A stretch of DNA of 64,000 nt, filler included, from Reticulomyxa filosa (Eukaryota > Protista > Foraminifera): the NCBI GenBank assembly GCA_000512085.1. It is 19 parts of 19 records of this genome, joined end to end, with 100 filler letters (N's around TTAATTAATTAA, not from the genome) between each part and the next. Parts side by side here need not be neighbours in the genome. Positions count along the whole stretch, not along the records: positions 23,246 to 28,678 come from ASPP01005005.1; positions 28,779 to 32,062 come from ASPP01016664.1; positions 32,163 to 39,685 come from ASPP01005672.1; positions 39,786 to 45,309 come from ASPP01004006.1; 15 more parts are not named here. One strand, 5' to 3'. The position numbers were made by a program, and so were the translations under genes. Every line of letters starts with the position of its first letter. Position 1 is the stretch's first letter. The notes beneath the pieces are model-generated. The model saw only the letters and a list, made by a program, of their open reading frames with translations. It searched no databases and had not been told where the DNA came from. This document shows, piece by piece, positions 26,049-39,814 of this stretch.

Positions 26049-27672
26049 ATGATAACAACTCTTGCGAAAGCATTGTTTAAACATACTTGGCCCAAAAGAC
26101 AATCTCTATGCATCCCATTTCCTTTATTAATCAGAAGTAGACAACTTCACGGTACCCAACAACAAATCGTCTTGGAAGAACACAAAGATGCTGAACACAC
26201 TAAAACATTGAAAGAACAACAAGGAGCATCATCAAAGGCAATACTACCCCCAGAATCGAAACATGAAAGATTATTAATCAAAAAAAAAAAAAATTGAAGA
26301 AGTTATTGAATATATCAGACATAATGACTCTCGAGATATTTCCATTTATACTACTGCTATCAAGAAATGTTCAGAATTAAAAAAATATAATAAAATCAAA
26401 ATTATCATTGATATTGTGCATCAAAAACAAATACCATTAAATACCATATTTTGCAGTGCAGCTTTATATTATTTGGGTATGTGTAATGAATTTGGTTTAC
26501 AAACACATTATTTCAAACAATGGTTCAATCATCAATTAAATCAATCTGATGAAAATGTATTGTCTCCTAATATTACCACGTTTACAGCAATGATTAAAGG
26601 ATGTTCAAAGAGAGAGGATAGCAAACAAGCACTATTTTATTTTAATTTGATGATTAATAAATATCGCATTAATCCAAATTTAATTACTTATGTTTTATTG
26701 TTATCTGCTTGTAGCAATGCAAATGACATGAAAAATGCAGAATTAATTTGGGATAAAATGAAAAATGATTCCAATATCCAAATCAATGACATTGCAATTA
26801 ATGCAATGTTGAATGTATATTCTAAATGTGGTGAAACAACAAAGATGATGAAAATATTGGATTATTCTCAAAGATCTGAACAATTTATTCCAATTAATGA
26901 AATATCATGCACAATAATCATGTCAGGTTTTTTAGAAGCAAATAAAATTAAAGAAATGTTTGATTTTTATGAACAACGAATACCTAGATTATTATTGAAG
27001 AATACAGTCAATTTGAAATGTGAAAATTTGATAACACAAAGAAGTGTTGGACATTTGAAAATGATGGAAATGTTGAATGAAAATGAAAAAGAAAAACTAT
27101 CATTTCATCACAAACAATATTTAAACATTTTTCGAAATGAATTATATCCAAATATTCAATCTAAACCTACCACTATTTCATTCCGACATATGGATCATTT
27201 GATTCAATCTTATGTGTTATTGCATAAAAGATCATGGATGAAAGTTGTAAAAGAGATTGAAAGAATATTATTTGAGGAGCCAGATTTTGATCATAACTTT
27301 AGTTGGTGGGATACTGATGCACGTAATAAAAATAAGGTGGTGTTGAATTTTTCATCAATGTCACCAATAACCACATGTTTTCTATTGCGTTATTTGATGA
27401 CATTCCAAAGAGATGAATTAAAGAAAAAATTCAAAAATGATCCAATCAAAATTGTTGGAGGCAAATCACAATATTCAAATATCACAAGAATTGGTGATTG
27501 GAAAGAAGAGTATAATTCTCCACAGAAGAAACTAATTGAAGATGAACTAAAGAAATGGAAAGTACCAATTCGATTAGAACAAGATAAAAAGAATCCAATG
27601 ATATGGTGTTTAAATGAAACGGATGTGTCGTCATTTTTTCAAATTGTGCGTCATCATGATGTTTACAAATGA
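26049..27672 (+). CDS. PPR protein with probable mitochondrial presequence and C-terminal SMR-like domain; 1-nt frameshift in the A-run at ~26280-26293
   Basis: Basic N-terminus with no acidic residues (MITTLAKALFKHTWPKRQ...RSRQLHG). The +1 frame continues KIEEVIEY...DISIYTTAIKKC into ORF 26416. PPR motifs PNITTFTAMIKGC, PNLITYVLLLSAC, AINAMLNVYSKCG, NEISCTIIMSGF. Confidence 0.85.
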
Positions 27673-28057
27673 AGTAAATATGAGTGAACATGTATGAGCT
27701 CAATAACAAATCATCTAAGGTTATAGTGCTAAAAACACTGCAAATTTTGTCTATTTTCGATGCTAATTTTTTTTTTTGAATAATTATAATTTGTCCTTTC
27801 TTCAAAATGCATACTTGCTTTTTCAGTAAAAATGAAGCAAAACCAGATGCAACTTTTTGCACAGTTATTGTTTTGCTATTTAGTTGTACTTGATCATTAT
27901 CAACCCTCTTTGGATTACAAATTCTGCATTGCGCTGCAGTTTCTTCACATGAATTATATCCTTGCGTTTCAAGGTAAAAACCAGCTAAAAAAAAAAACTT
28001 TGCGTGGGACTGTAAATATGTGCAATCAATAATAGATATAAAAGAAAAAATATCGCA

Positions 28058-28678
28058 ATGAGCAACGGTGAAGATGAAAAGATAAATGGAGAGTCTGGTG
28101 CTGGAATGCCTTCCATTTCTCTTCAAAATTCGTGCTTTAACAAAAACTGGATAGCACACTTGAATCAGGAAGAACAGATTAGCCATTTAATATGTTTGAT
28201 TTGCAAGCAAATTGCCAACAACCCCATAGAAATAAACTGTCCTCAGCACGAAAATATGGATGAGTCATTGATCGTTGGAGAGAATTGTCTGAAGAATTTC
28301 CTGAGCAACAGCAATGCATGTCCAATCGAACCTCATGATGGTTGTCAATATTTCAAAGTGAAAGCAATGCAGCGACAAATAAACGAGCTGAGTGTGATAT
28401 GTCCACGGCAGTTTCAATATGATGTGCAAACAGTTGGCGGAAATGAGGAAGGACAAACAGCTGGGACAGTCATGTGTGATTTCAAAGGGAAAATAAAAGA
28501 CTTGAACGACCACTTGAAACAATGTCCTTTGAAATTGTCGGATTGTTGGTTTAAGCCATTTGGGTGCAAGTACTCAGATCTTGAATCTAAGTTGCAAGAC
28601 CATTTAATTTCACACATGAAACATCATTTTGATTTGGTAAATCAGCATTGCCAAGTTATATATTATTCTTTTTTTTTT
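28058..28678 (+). CDS. Degenerate RING plus TRAF-type zinc finger protein, partial
   Basis: CLICKQ...CPQH...ENC...CPIEPH, then LSVICPRQF, CDFKGKIKDLNDHLKQCP and CWFKPFGC...LQDHLISHMKHHFDLV; cut by the spacer. Confidence 0.85.
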
Positions 28679-29559
28679 NNNNNNNNNNNNNNNNNNNNNN
28701 NNNNNNNNNNNNNNNNNNNNNNTTAATTAATTAANNNNNNNNNNNNNNNNNNNNNNNNNNNNNNNNNNNNNNNNNNNNACCTTGCCACCAGGGACAGAAA
28801 GGCAACTTTTTATAAAATCAGCAGTGGAAAACGCTTTAAAAGGCTGTCCACCGAAACAAAATGGACGTGTTGTTATCCGGTTTGATCCAGGAGATAGTGA
28901 TTTGATTGAGGTAAACTTTACATTTTCATCGACATTTCATTCATCCATTTTCTTAAATAGGACAGTTATTACTTATTGTGCCCTTCTTTTAATAGTTCAT
29001 TGAAAAATTCGGTCGTGTGGGTGTAATTACGCAGAAGGTTAAGAGAATAATGCTCTCTTTGGTTTAAGTTCCTTGTGCAATTCTGTTTTTTTTTTCCACA
29101 TGGCATAGGACACTTCTGGTGAAACCTGAGCACAATTATAATTTCAAATTGGAGTCGAGCGTTTGGATGTTTTTTTCTTGGCTCAATTTTCCAAATAATT
29201 TCTGTGTTACGTACGGAAGTTTTGTATCATGGCTAGATGTATTTGTGCTGTTTATGTTTTTCCTTAAATTATTGTTTTGGAGAGGTAAATATTTTCACTG
29301 AGTTAAAGTGAAAATAAGCATCCAGTACAAAATAATTTTAGACTTTTTTTTATCCTCCAACAAAATAAGGCACTTGTTTATAGTATATTTTTCGGGCTAA
29401 ACAAACGAATTCGCAAATTTTTGCTTTCAATTGTCTTTACTCCGTTTCCAGTACATTTTTTGTTTTACTACAGAATTTTGTTTTGAATGAATTTATTTTT
29501 GCCTTTAATAAAGAATTTATGTAACAAATTGTATATTACCACCAATCAAACAAATATTA

Positions 29560-30270
29560 TTACTTTTATTATCTTATTGTTTTGCTTTGCAATGATGAAA
29601 TATCAACACATCAAACATTATCTCTATGCCAATTGAAAGCATACAATGATTTAGATGTTTCAACATCACATAAACGATTTGTTTTGTCATATGATCAAAA
29701 CACAAATATCTACATCTATTAAATGGTGAAAATTCAATTCCACAAACACCATCAGTGTATTCATTGAATATTCATAATTCCTTATTATGTTTGAAATTCT
29801 AAAAACGAATGGAGTTGTCAAATAATGAAGAATAAATGACATTTTTATTGATATTATGGTAACCAGTACAAGACACAGATCACGAATGTCAATTATAATT
29901 AAATTTATTTATTGTTATCAAAATCACATGCACGAACCGTTTTATCATCTAATACAAAACAAATGAAGCGATCATTATCAAATGTTGAATAATCAATACT
30001 ATTTACACAGTCTGTGTGTCCAATGAGTGTTTTAAGTAACTTGGATGATAAACGAAACGTATCAAACATGAGGATAGTAGTTACATGTGTCAATTTATGA
30101 TTACGTATGATAACACAAATAAATATTGAAAGTTGATATTATCATTTAAATAAAAACAAAAACAAAGCATAACATAATTGACAACAAATTTGTCAAATTC
30201 ATGAATCAATCCTAATTTAATAAATGTTCGAATCCAATGTTGTACAATTGCTCGAATTTTTTCTTCTTCA
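29560..30270 (-). pseudogene. WD40-repeat family pseudogene
   Basis: EEKIRAIVQHWIRTFIKLG..., an intron, then MFDTFRLSSKLLKTLIGHTDCVNSIDYSTF followed by stops and frameshifts. Confidence 0.85.
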
Positions 30271-30639
30271 GATTCAAGTGGAATATAATATCTTTAGTTT
30301 GTATTAAAGAACAATGAAAACACAAATGGTGATAGTTGTGTTAGTTTTTATCACAGTTTAAACAATGGCATCATTTGCATTTGAGGATGAGTAAAAATCA
30401 ATGAGGTTTTTTGAGTTTACTGCAATTTATGTTAAGTGCTATTTCGTAACAACATACTTAATATATAGGAACCGTCTACGTACAATTGCAAATAAAGTTT
30501 TTTTTGAACAGTATTGTCTTCTTGTTATCCACCCAAACGCAGGAAGTATTGAAATTAAAATGACTTATGGGAAAAAAGAAATTTGAAAATTATTATGTTG
30601 TGTACAGCCCACTTGTGTTGACCAAATGCAATTTGGTGT

Positions 30640-31948
30640 CTACTTTCGTCTTCGTGTTTGTAAGGCAGAGCAGCGTATACACTCGCCTTTATTCGCAACA
30701 TTGAAGTGTTGATCATAGCATGTCCGATGATAGTAATGTCCACAAAAAAACGCACGAATAGCAGGAAGCGCGCTTGCTCTCTGCTGCAAATAATGAGGAG
30801 TGATGCCGTACCCAACAGTGTTGGATGCTTTATCCGAAACGTTGGCGTTGCTACCATGTTGCAAGGAGACAGGATAGCATCCACCAACAACAATGACATT
30901 GGGATGTTGGCTGTTTGGAGGGGCATTGGAAATGTGTTTGTTGTTATCGTCATGATCGACATTGGTTTGCCGTTCCTCTGGGATCTTTTTTTCTTCCTTC
31001 ATTTTATTTAAGTTGGATTTTGTTATTCGTAAGAAATGCTTTGTCAGCCAATGTTGTATCCTTGCGGTCATGAGCCTCGGCAGGAACGTTGGGACCACTA
31101 CTTTCGTTCTCTTGAGTGTTTTGAAAAGGATATCGAGACAAAGGAATACCGCAAATGATGCAGCAACAAGTCTGTGGCCTGTCGTCGCAGTTGACGACAA
31201 TGCCCCTTTGGCAATCGAGAACATGAGATTTGGTTAGTTTTAAGCAATCGTTTTCAAACACATTAACCGCGCCCTGATGCAGCTGTTCCTCAAACGCATA
31301 TTCTTGTAATAAGGTCATGAGCTTTGTTTTCAATTGCGGAACACACAAATCGTTGGGAATGCGTTCGATCAAGTCAATGGATAAGATCTTTTCACCTTGA
31401 ACAGTTGGACGACACTTGACCGCATCTAGCAATTGCGGCAATAAATCGGGAGCATTGGCCAATGTCTCATTCACCAACTTATGCCACAATGTATCATCTT
31501 TTTGTGTCTGCACAAAGCTGACTGCTTTTTTCATGTTTTTGATCTTTGTCACAATCACTTGCAATGCCTCCTCGTACGTGCCCATTCGATCCAATACGTA
31601 TACTTGACACTCGTACAAGCGCTTGATGTACCAATCGTAAATGCGCAAGATGTCGCTCCACTGGAACAATTCCAACACTTTGCTTGGAAAGCGAGAGTCG
31701 AAAGGGAACGTAGGTTTCTTTGCGACCCCCTTTTTATCTTTGCACAGGGAAAGCGCATGATTGGTCAGCGCCGACATCTTCTTTACGCGGTCTCGAATCC
31801 GCGACAATGCACGCGGAAACGAAATGTTGTTGGAAATGGTCATAAACTGCAGCAGTTTGTACGCGTTGAATTCGACATACAAAGACGCCAACAAGTTGTG
31901 AAACTTGGCATGCTCCGAGCCATCTCCAGAGCCAAGCAAAGTATCCAA
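30640..31948 (-). CDS. VPS41: VPS41-like HOPS subunit, 3' part (clathrin repeat plus split RING-H2), with a +1 frame break at ~31004
   Basis: HNLLASLYVEF..KLLQFM, QVYVLDRMGTYEEALQVI, AVSFVQTQKDDTLW, IDLIERIP, RGIVV, CIIC ... FFCGHYYHRTC...CIRC. Confidence 0.8.
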
Positions 31949-32162
31949 ATAAACATACTTTTATATATGTATGTATATGTATGTATACGTATACATTACA
32001 TGTATAAAATGTGTGAGAATTATTATTATTATTATTTTTTTTTTTTTTTTTTTTTTTTTTTTNNNNNNNNNNNNNNNNNNNNNNNNNNNNNNNNNNNNNN
32101 NNNNNNTTAATTAATTAANNNNNNNNNNNNNNNNNNNNNNNNNNNNNNNNNNNNNNNNNNNN

Positions 32163-34892
32163 AAAAAAAGACAATCACAACAACGCCAACACCAACAACA
32201 ATGACGACGACGACGCATTCGCAAGTCTTTAATCAAAGCAACCCCGTATCTCCAATCATGACCAAGACCAAAAGGGCACCCGTCCAACCCTCCGTCAAGT
32301 CGATGACACCTAAAAACACGTCTGTCAAGGAAATCAAAAAATTCCCCTCTCCCAATGCTAATGCTAATGCTAATGCCAATGCCAATGCTAATGCTAATGC
32401 TAATGCCAATGCCAATGCCAATGCCAATGGTAATGATAGTGCGAATGCCAACGGTAAAGCGAAAGCGAAAGCGAAAACGAAAACAAAAACGAAAACAAAA
32501 ATGAATACCAATGTCAATGCCAATGCCAATACCAATGCCAAGACTGCAACAAAGGCCAGACCCGAGTCAACTCGAGATGTGCACAAAAAAATTGAACCCA
32601 AGTCGCAATCCAATGCAAAGGCAAAAACACCTGCAAAGACAACTTCCAAGACAGTCTCCAAAACAGTGACAAAGCCCAATGCCAATACCGGTGCAAGTGC
32701 AAATCGAAGTGGTAAGAACAAAACAGAAGTGAAACAGCAAGTCAACTTGGCCAAGATAAAGACAGTCACACCGACAATCACAATCACAACCACAACCACA
32801 ACCACGACGACAAAGAAAAGAGAGTCGACAAAACGTAACTTGGAAATCGTAGATTCAAACACGGTGATGACTCCAGATCCGACTGCCAATGAAGAGATAC
32901 TTGCGCTGGCGACAGTCGCGAAGCCAAACAAGCGCGACGACAACGATCATAGTGATCACAGCGACGAAGAAAAGATGGCCAGTCCAAAGATATCGCGACT
33001 CGACGTCCATGTGGAAACGAAACATAAAAATCTTTCGAGCCAAGAGTATTTCCAAGATTTCATCGATGAGCTATTGCAAAATATTTCCGCCTCTCCGATC
33101 CGCAAAGACGATCTCCTTTCTCAACCACAACCATTAATGCAACCACAGTCGCAGTCGCAGTCGCAGTCGCAGTTACAAATACACACGCAATTGGAACAAG
33201 TACAACAACAAAGAGATAATGATCCAGATGCTCTAATGGACACTCCCACTGAGCAAGAAAACGTCGCAAAGGACAGTCCGTTGCCCGTGCATCCGTTGCA
33301 ACAACACTTGCAACGCTTTGAAAGCAACAGTGATAGTGACACTAGTGGCAGCTATGACAGTGATACCACCAGCAACACTACCAGCGAAAAGAGTGATTTC
33401 AGCGAAACTTCGGAACCTCTTTGTATATGCTTTCAAAAAGCTTCTCTTTATTAATATTGTATACGTACACATATACATACATATATATACATGTATATGC
33501 TTATATATGTACACATTATATAAAACAAGCGAAAAAAAGAAAGAAAAGAAAAAGTATCGAATTTGGACCGGACATTCCTTTGTTTGAAACGGATTCGACC
33601 ACGGATGTGTTAGCATCGGTCAATGAAGACCGCGAAGCCAGCCCTGTTCCATCGCAAATGCTGACGAAGCAAATCAACGGAAACGGCCCCACGAGTCCTA
33701 AACAAACGAATGGCGCAGCTCGCGGAAACAGCTTTTCCGGACACCACCAAACCCAAAACGGAGGAAAGAATAAAAATTCCTCGACGAATGGTGGTAAGTC
33801 GTCTGGAAAAAGGACAATCGTGAATTCCACTGCGGTTACTCCAAAACCTGCTGTGGCCAAAAACAAAGACGTGAAGAACGTCAATGGGAAACACGAGCCT
33901 TTACGAATTCGAAGTCAAAGTATTCAAACGTCTCGACCGTCACCGTCACCGTCACCATCTCCATCACCAGCACATAATAACGAAGGAGACAAGAAATTCT
34001 TTGCCAAATCGTCATCCACGTTGGAGCGAGGACGACGCTCGAAGACATATAAAGAAGGACATGACCTATTGCAGCGCTCCAAAACTATTTATAATGATTC
34101 AAGTCCCGTCCCGCATGTCTCGCGTTCCAAGTCCTCCACCTCTTCTTCCAATATTTTTGATCACTCCAAGAAAACCAGCAGTGCCATGGGATTGATGTCG
34201 TCTTCAAGTTTCGAATATATGTAACCATACACATATACGTATACATATACATGTACATATACACGCATAAGACATATATTTATATTATATATATATGTAT
34301 GTATATAATACGTATAATATATTAGGTTGTATGTACAAAAAAAGCTCGCATATTTGAGACGACACGGATCGAAACACCGCAATTGATCGACAAGTTATTT
34401 GAATGCAGTGAATGCCAATACTTGACGTATGAAAGCCAATATCAAGTGATATTGTTGGTACTCTCCCCAAACGAACAAAAAAAAGTAGAGTACACAAAGT
34501 GTCTGAACGATATCTTTGACACGGTCGATATGAGTAACTTTGACCATCGCCAACGACAGTACAATCGAGGCAGTCAGAGCGATCATGAGTATGGGTGCGT
34601 TTGCTTGCAATTTCAGGTGAAATTCAACCAACGGCCTTTGGCAATGATCCCTTTGTTTATTGGTTTACTTGTCATGGACCTTTCCAAGTATCGTATTTTA
34701 TGTTTTGATCAACTCAAACACACATTTCTACTTGAACACAAGGTCACTCGTGTCGAACAGCAATTTACACGAGGGTTAAAAAATCACATACATTACTTTG
34801 TCAATGCGCCTCATCATTATTGGAAACTTATCAAAATTGTTCGCTTACAAGACTCAGTTTTTCGTTGGATGCCCATTTCCAATATTTTTTAA
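32163..34892 (+). CDS. Partial multi-exon gene: long disordered K/T/S/N-rich region plus an unrecognised ~170-aa C-terminal globular domain
   Basis: ORFs 32201-33454, ~33530-34220 and 34383-34892, separated by (TA)-rich introns. Confidence 0.6.
32354..32430 (+). repeat. (AATGCY)n hexamer encoding Asn-Ala repeats
   Basis: Seen directly. Confidence 0.9.
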
Positions 34893-35461
34893 AAGTTTTT
34901 CTTTCGCTCTTTCCTATCTTTGTTTTCTACTGAACTTTCGAGTGACAGTTATTTCGGTGTTACTTTTCAACTTTTTTTTTTTTGTCTGTTTGTAACATTT
35001 TTCTTTGCAAAGGGTTTCTTAAGTCTTTGGTTATGTGTGTTTTTAGTATTACCCTTTTTTTTTTCTCTTTTCTCAACAAAACAGCCCATTTTTGTGCTTT
35101 TTCTTGTGTATGGAAGCTTTTTGTTGGTAACGTTGGAAATCTATTTCTGCAAATAGCATGTATTCTGTTGTAAACTTCGTTGATCAATTAATATTTGTTC
35201 ATACTTTCATATAACAGAAATCAAAATTAAAAAGGCTTTCAATGAAAGAAAAAGATTATTATGATATTTCTTAGTACATTACCAAAACCAAAAGAATGAA
35301 GGTGAAAGATGTACACTCTTTTTACAAATAACAAAAATAGAGTGTTTCAATAAAACGAAAACAGTTTACAGTCACAAAAAATACATATAAAGATATGAAA
35401 AAATGTAAAATAAAAACAAACATAAAAGGAACGAAAATAGGGAAAAAAGGTCTAAAATGTG

Positions 35462-37240
35462 CTACATAAATAAATAAGGTGATGAAACAACGATTTGGAT
35501 TTTTGACATCCATGCATGAAGATCAATAAAAATAGAGATCAATTGAACGTGAATATCTGCAAGAAGTTGATATCTGTTTTTGGATATCTCTTTTGGCGAC
35601 TGTGAATCTTCAGTTTCAATTGTTTCCTTCGCGATTTTTTCTTTGTGTCCATCCGCAGTCTCATTATCCTCTTCATCATCTTCTTCGTCTTCATTTTTGT
35701 ACTTTTCATCGTCTTCTTCCTCTTGATGCACATTCACATCCCCATCCTCGCTTTCGTGTTCAATTTCACTTTCATTTTCTTCTTCACTTTCAAATGTAAT
35801 CCAATTCGACTTGTTGGTCTTAGTCATATTTTGAGCAAAGCGGCTGTAACGATCGAATAATGGCGTGTCGTAACGGTGTGGATGATCTGCATCGGAAAGC
35901 GGGCTGAGAAATAGTGTGCAATATTGTTGCAGTTGATCACAAATTTGTGCCAAGCGTTGATGAAAGGACTGCAAAACAGTTTTAATTTGGCCGAAAACCG
36001 GTTTAGTAGGATCGACGGTGGGGGAAAGCTCGAGTTGACGGAAAAGGTCGACAGATCGTTTGTATTGACGATGTAGGTTGTGATACATTTTCAATAGCTT
36101 TTCAAAGTTCTGTTCGTACTGTCGATTCTTTTTCAGAGAAGTCCAGATGCTCACATCTGTCGCAATTGACGACTGTGTGACCGAGGATAAAGACCGGCTA
36201 AACAGTTTATGTGATCCTTTGAATATCGATATCTCTGATGCTAGCCTTATTAATACAAAAAAAAAAAACAAACACACATACATGGATAGTAGTACTTACA
36301 TAAGCAATGTTTTGCACGCAATTGCAACTCAACTCTTGGAGGGCATACAGCACAACGGCATGATCAATTGAATTATGTTTTTGAATAGTTGCTTCAAGAT
36401 GGTGGACAGTGGTTACATTATTGCCTTGTCTTTGCATTTTTTGTTTTGTTTTATTTTTTCTCCCTTTTTTTTTAAAAAAAAAAAAAAAAAATAAGGAGGA
36501 AAAAAAAACGAACCGACACAAAAGCACGAGATTAGACAACCCAAAGTACCATAAATTGGCATCTTCAACTTGTTTGCAGGTGATATTTAATTTGCTCACC
36601 TTTCGGGTTTTCGCAAAACAAGTGTATTGAATGGTTAATGAACACTTTTGCAAATTCTCGTTTTCCATCTCTGATTCCTCACCAATACCAATTTTCAATA
36701 TTACCTTTTTTTTTTTTTTTTTTGAGAACAAGTGTTTTATATTGTAGACATTATCGAAACTGGGTACAAACAGTTTGGATTCGAGCAGAGTCTTTTGGTC
36801 AGAATACCATTGCAACCACAAGTTATCATTGGATAATTCGAATAGTCGATACTTTGGCCTGCCATGTTGTCCTTGTTTTAACTTTTTTTAAAGATTTTTA
36901 TATTTATTTATTATTTGAATGCATGATATTAAAAAAAATTTTTTTTTTTTTTTTTGAGTATCATTTCACTATTGTTGCTACACATTTTTTTTTTCTCCAA
37001 ACCATGACAGTTCCTTGTTTCATCCATTCAATTACATTCACAGTGACCGCATTGGAGGGAAGAGATGCAAATGCAGACACAATTTGCTCAGTTTCCGTTG
37101 GAGCAGATAGCAGCATTTGCATTTCCTTTTCTTTTGTGTCTTTTTCATTTAGCATTGTTGACGATGGGGTTGCTGTAAGGTGTACAGACGTGTACAGGCA
37201 CATTCCAAGTCTCTTCTTCAGACACAGACAAAAAAACATG
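35462..37240 (-). CDS. Multi-exon protein with a PLC-type PH domain and helical/acidic C-terminus
   Basis: WMKQGTVM...GRPKYRLFELSNDNLWLQWYS...IGEES...CSLTIQY...KLNITCKQVEDANLWYFGLSNLV matches the PLC-like PH pattern. Confidence 0.7.
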
Positions 37241-38200
37241 AGGCAATGAAGAGATTACAGATGTCTGAGTCAGGGACAACAGGAGAAATGTCAAGAGCTG
37301 ACGACATTGCTTTTGTTTCGTCAACAAAAAAACTCGACGTTAAAAAAAAAACGCAGTGGTCACACGCTAGGACGTAACACTGCTTTAGCCTGTCTTATAT
37401 GACTTTTCTCAGCCTCTCTTTCGAAAGAGGTAGCTTGTGACGAAAGGAGAATATGCCAATAATTGAAATTGGTTCTATACTGTATTGACACATTTTGATG
37501 TATTTATGCAAAAAATGCATTATCTCTATGTATGTGACGAAATATTATTGAAAAAATTATTTGTTCTATGCATTGTTTGTTACTGTGTTTCGTGTTATAT
37601 TAAAAAATAATAACAATCATAATATTATTATTATTATAAAAAAAAAGAATTTTGATTTTTCATTGAATAAACACATATGAATGTTCATAGATGTTGATTT
37701 TATTTTTATTTTATGCAAAATCACTGTTATAAATATTATTTTTATAGTACAACTTGCATCCGACATCAAATAAAAAATCAAGTTTTGTTTTATTTCTTTA
37801 TTTATTATAATAATAATGTTGTTATTATTTGTATTTCACCGTTGGCACTAACATCACATCAAGTGCTCGAAATAATGTCATCTGATAGATCAAGTAAATC
37901 GTTCGATCATCGCAAGATGTGATTGCGAGTCTCGACCAGGCCAATTAATACTTTTTTTTTATTTATTCAAAAATAACGATATAATTCATATATTTTATGC
38001 GTTATAGTCTGTTATACAGTGTAACTTTTGTCACTTTGTTTTAAAAAAAGTCAGCATTTTCAATAAAAATATGATGATAAAAAGTTGGTAGTCGTACGAA
38101 TGTATGATATATTGTTTTGGGCAATTCATTACTTTGTACTTAATTCGCAAATAAAAAAAGAAAAAAAAAAATGAAACAATGACAAAAGGAGTAAATGTCA

Positions 38201-39560
38201 TCAATCACTTTCATCGCCTTGTCTTTGCGCACTATCGTCATCTTCATCTGTGGTGTTATGGTTATTTCGGAGCTGTTCCAGCTGTTGTGAGACAATTTTA
38301 TATTCCTTCATCACATCGTCCAGCTGTTTTTGTATATTTTGCATCTCAGCAAACATTTTCTCTTTTACTTTCAAATGCATTTCCATTTCTCTTGTTCGTT
38401 TTAATATTTCTTTTTCCATTGTTTGTAGCCGTTCTTTGGCTTTTCGTAAGACCAAGGGGACATATTTCTCTTCGTCCTTTATAATCATCATAAAGAGTAT
38501 GTGGCATAAGAGCAATGAGAACAAATGAGCAAACAATCCAAATAAAATTTTTAAAAAACAAAACGAAGACATGCCTGATTCAATTGCCAAATGAATTTCA
38601 AATAAATTATTTTTTGGAAAATTAATTGGTTGCAAAGAGTTTGGGATGGGAACGTTTGGTTGTTTTGTTTCAGTTGTTCTTCGACATTCCGAAGTGTGGC
38701 AAGACATTTGGCCCATTGTTGTTTCCTAATTTGTTGTGCATTGCCACTGATATTTTCATTTAGCGAAAAAGTGGAGTCGGAGTTCAGTTTAAAAAAGTCG
38801 TAAAAATCGGGACGAAAGGATTGCTCCATTACATCTTGAATGAACATATCGACTGGTTTTAATTGTTCGTATATTGCCAGATATTTTTTCGTCACAGTTT
38901 CATTGGCACTATCGCCATGGGACATTTCGCTCTGTGCAAAAAAAAAAAAAATAAATAAATAAATGATAATAATTTAATTTCAACATATATATATATATAT
39001 AAATATGTAATCCCAATAACTTGAGAAGGAACGGCAGAACAAAAGATGTTGGATTGATCTGATGTGACTTGGGAAAAATCGGGAACGAAATGATTGGATT
39101 GAGAGTCATATTGACTTAATTGTAGCTTCAATTGGTCGACCTCGGTTTGAAGTGATTTGATTTCGTGCTCAGCTTTCGCTTTGACTTGACATAACTCCAT
39201 TTTCACACTGTCTCTTTCCTTCTCCACTTCTCTCATCTGCTCTTGCTTTTCTTGTCCGTCTTTGTTCAATCTCTCTATTGTCGCCTCCAATAGCTTCATT
39301 TTGGTTGCAATTCCAAACTCACACATTTCCATGCCAACCTTCAAAAAAAAAAAAAAATAAATTTATAAAACAAACAAACAAACAAAAACTTCTAATTCTT
39401 CATTTCTTTTATCCTCAATTTTTGACTTTTCATGAAGGACAGTTTGCAGCTTCTGCTTCAACAAATGGATTGCGGACGATTCTTCGCCGCTCATTACTTT
39501 TGTAATCGACAACTGCTGCTTCAAGGCTTCGCCCTCCTTTTTCGCACGGTCATATAGCTC
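38201..39560 (-). CDS. Partial multi-exon coiled-coil protein
   Basis: E/K/Q-rich heptad ORFs 38201-38716, 38551-38925 and 38892-39344 with homopolymer introns. Confidence 0.55.
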
Positions 39561-39814
39561 ACGCCAATTCTCTTCTTTTTTTGTCTGGTCTATCTGTTAT
39601 CCACCCCACCCCACCCACCCCGTCATTTCAATAGATTCACAATGATTTGTCAATATGTGCTTTTTTTTTTTTTTTAAAAAAAAAANNNNNNNNNNNNNNN
39701 NNNNNNNNNNNNNNNNNNNNNNNNNNNNNTTAATTAATTAANNNNNNNNNNNNNNNNNNNNNNNNNNNNNNNNNNNNNNNNNNNNTTTTTTTTTGTTTGG
39801 TTGTTTGTTCTCAG

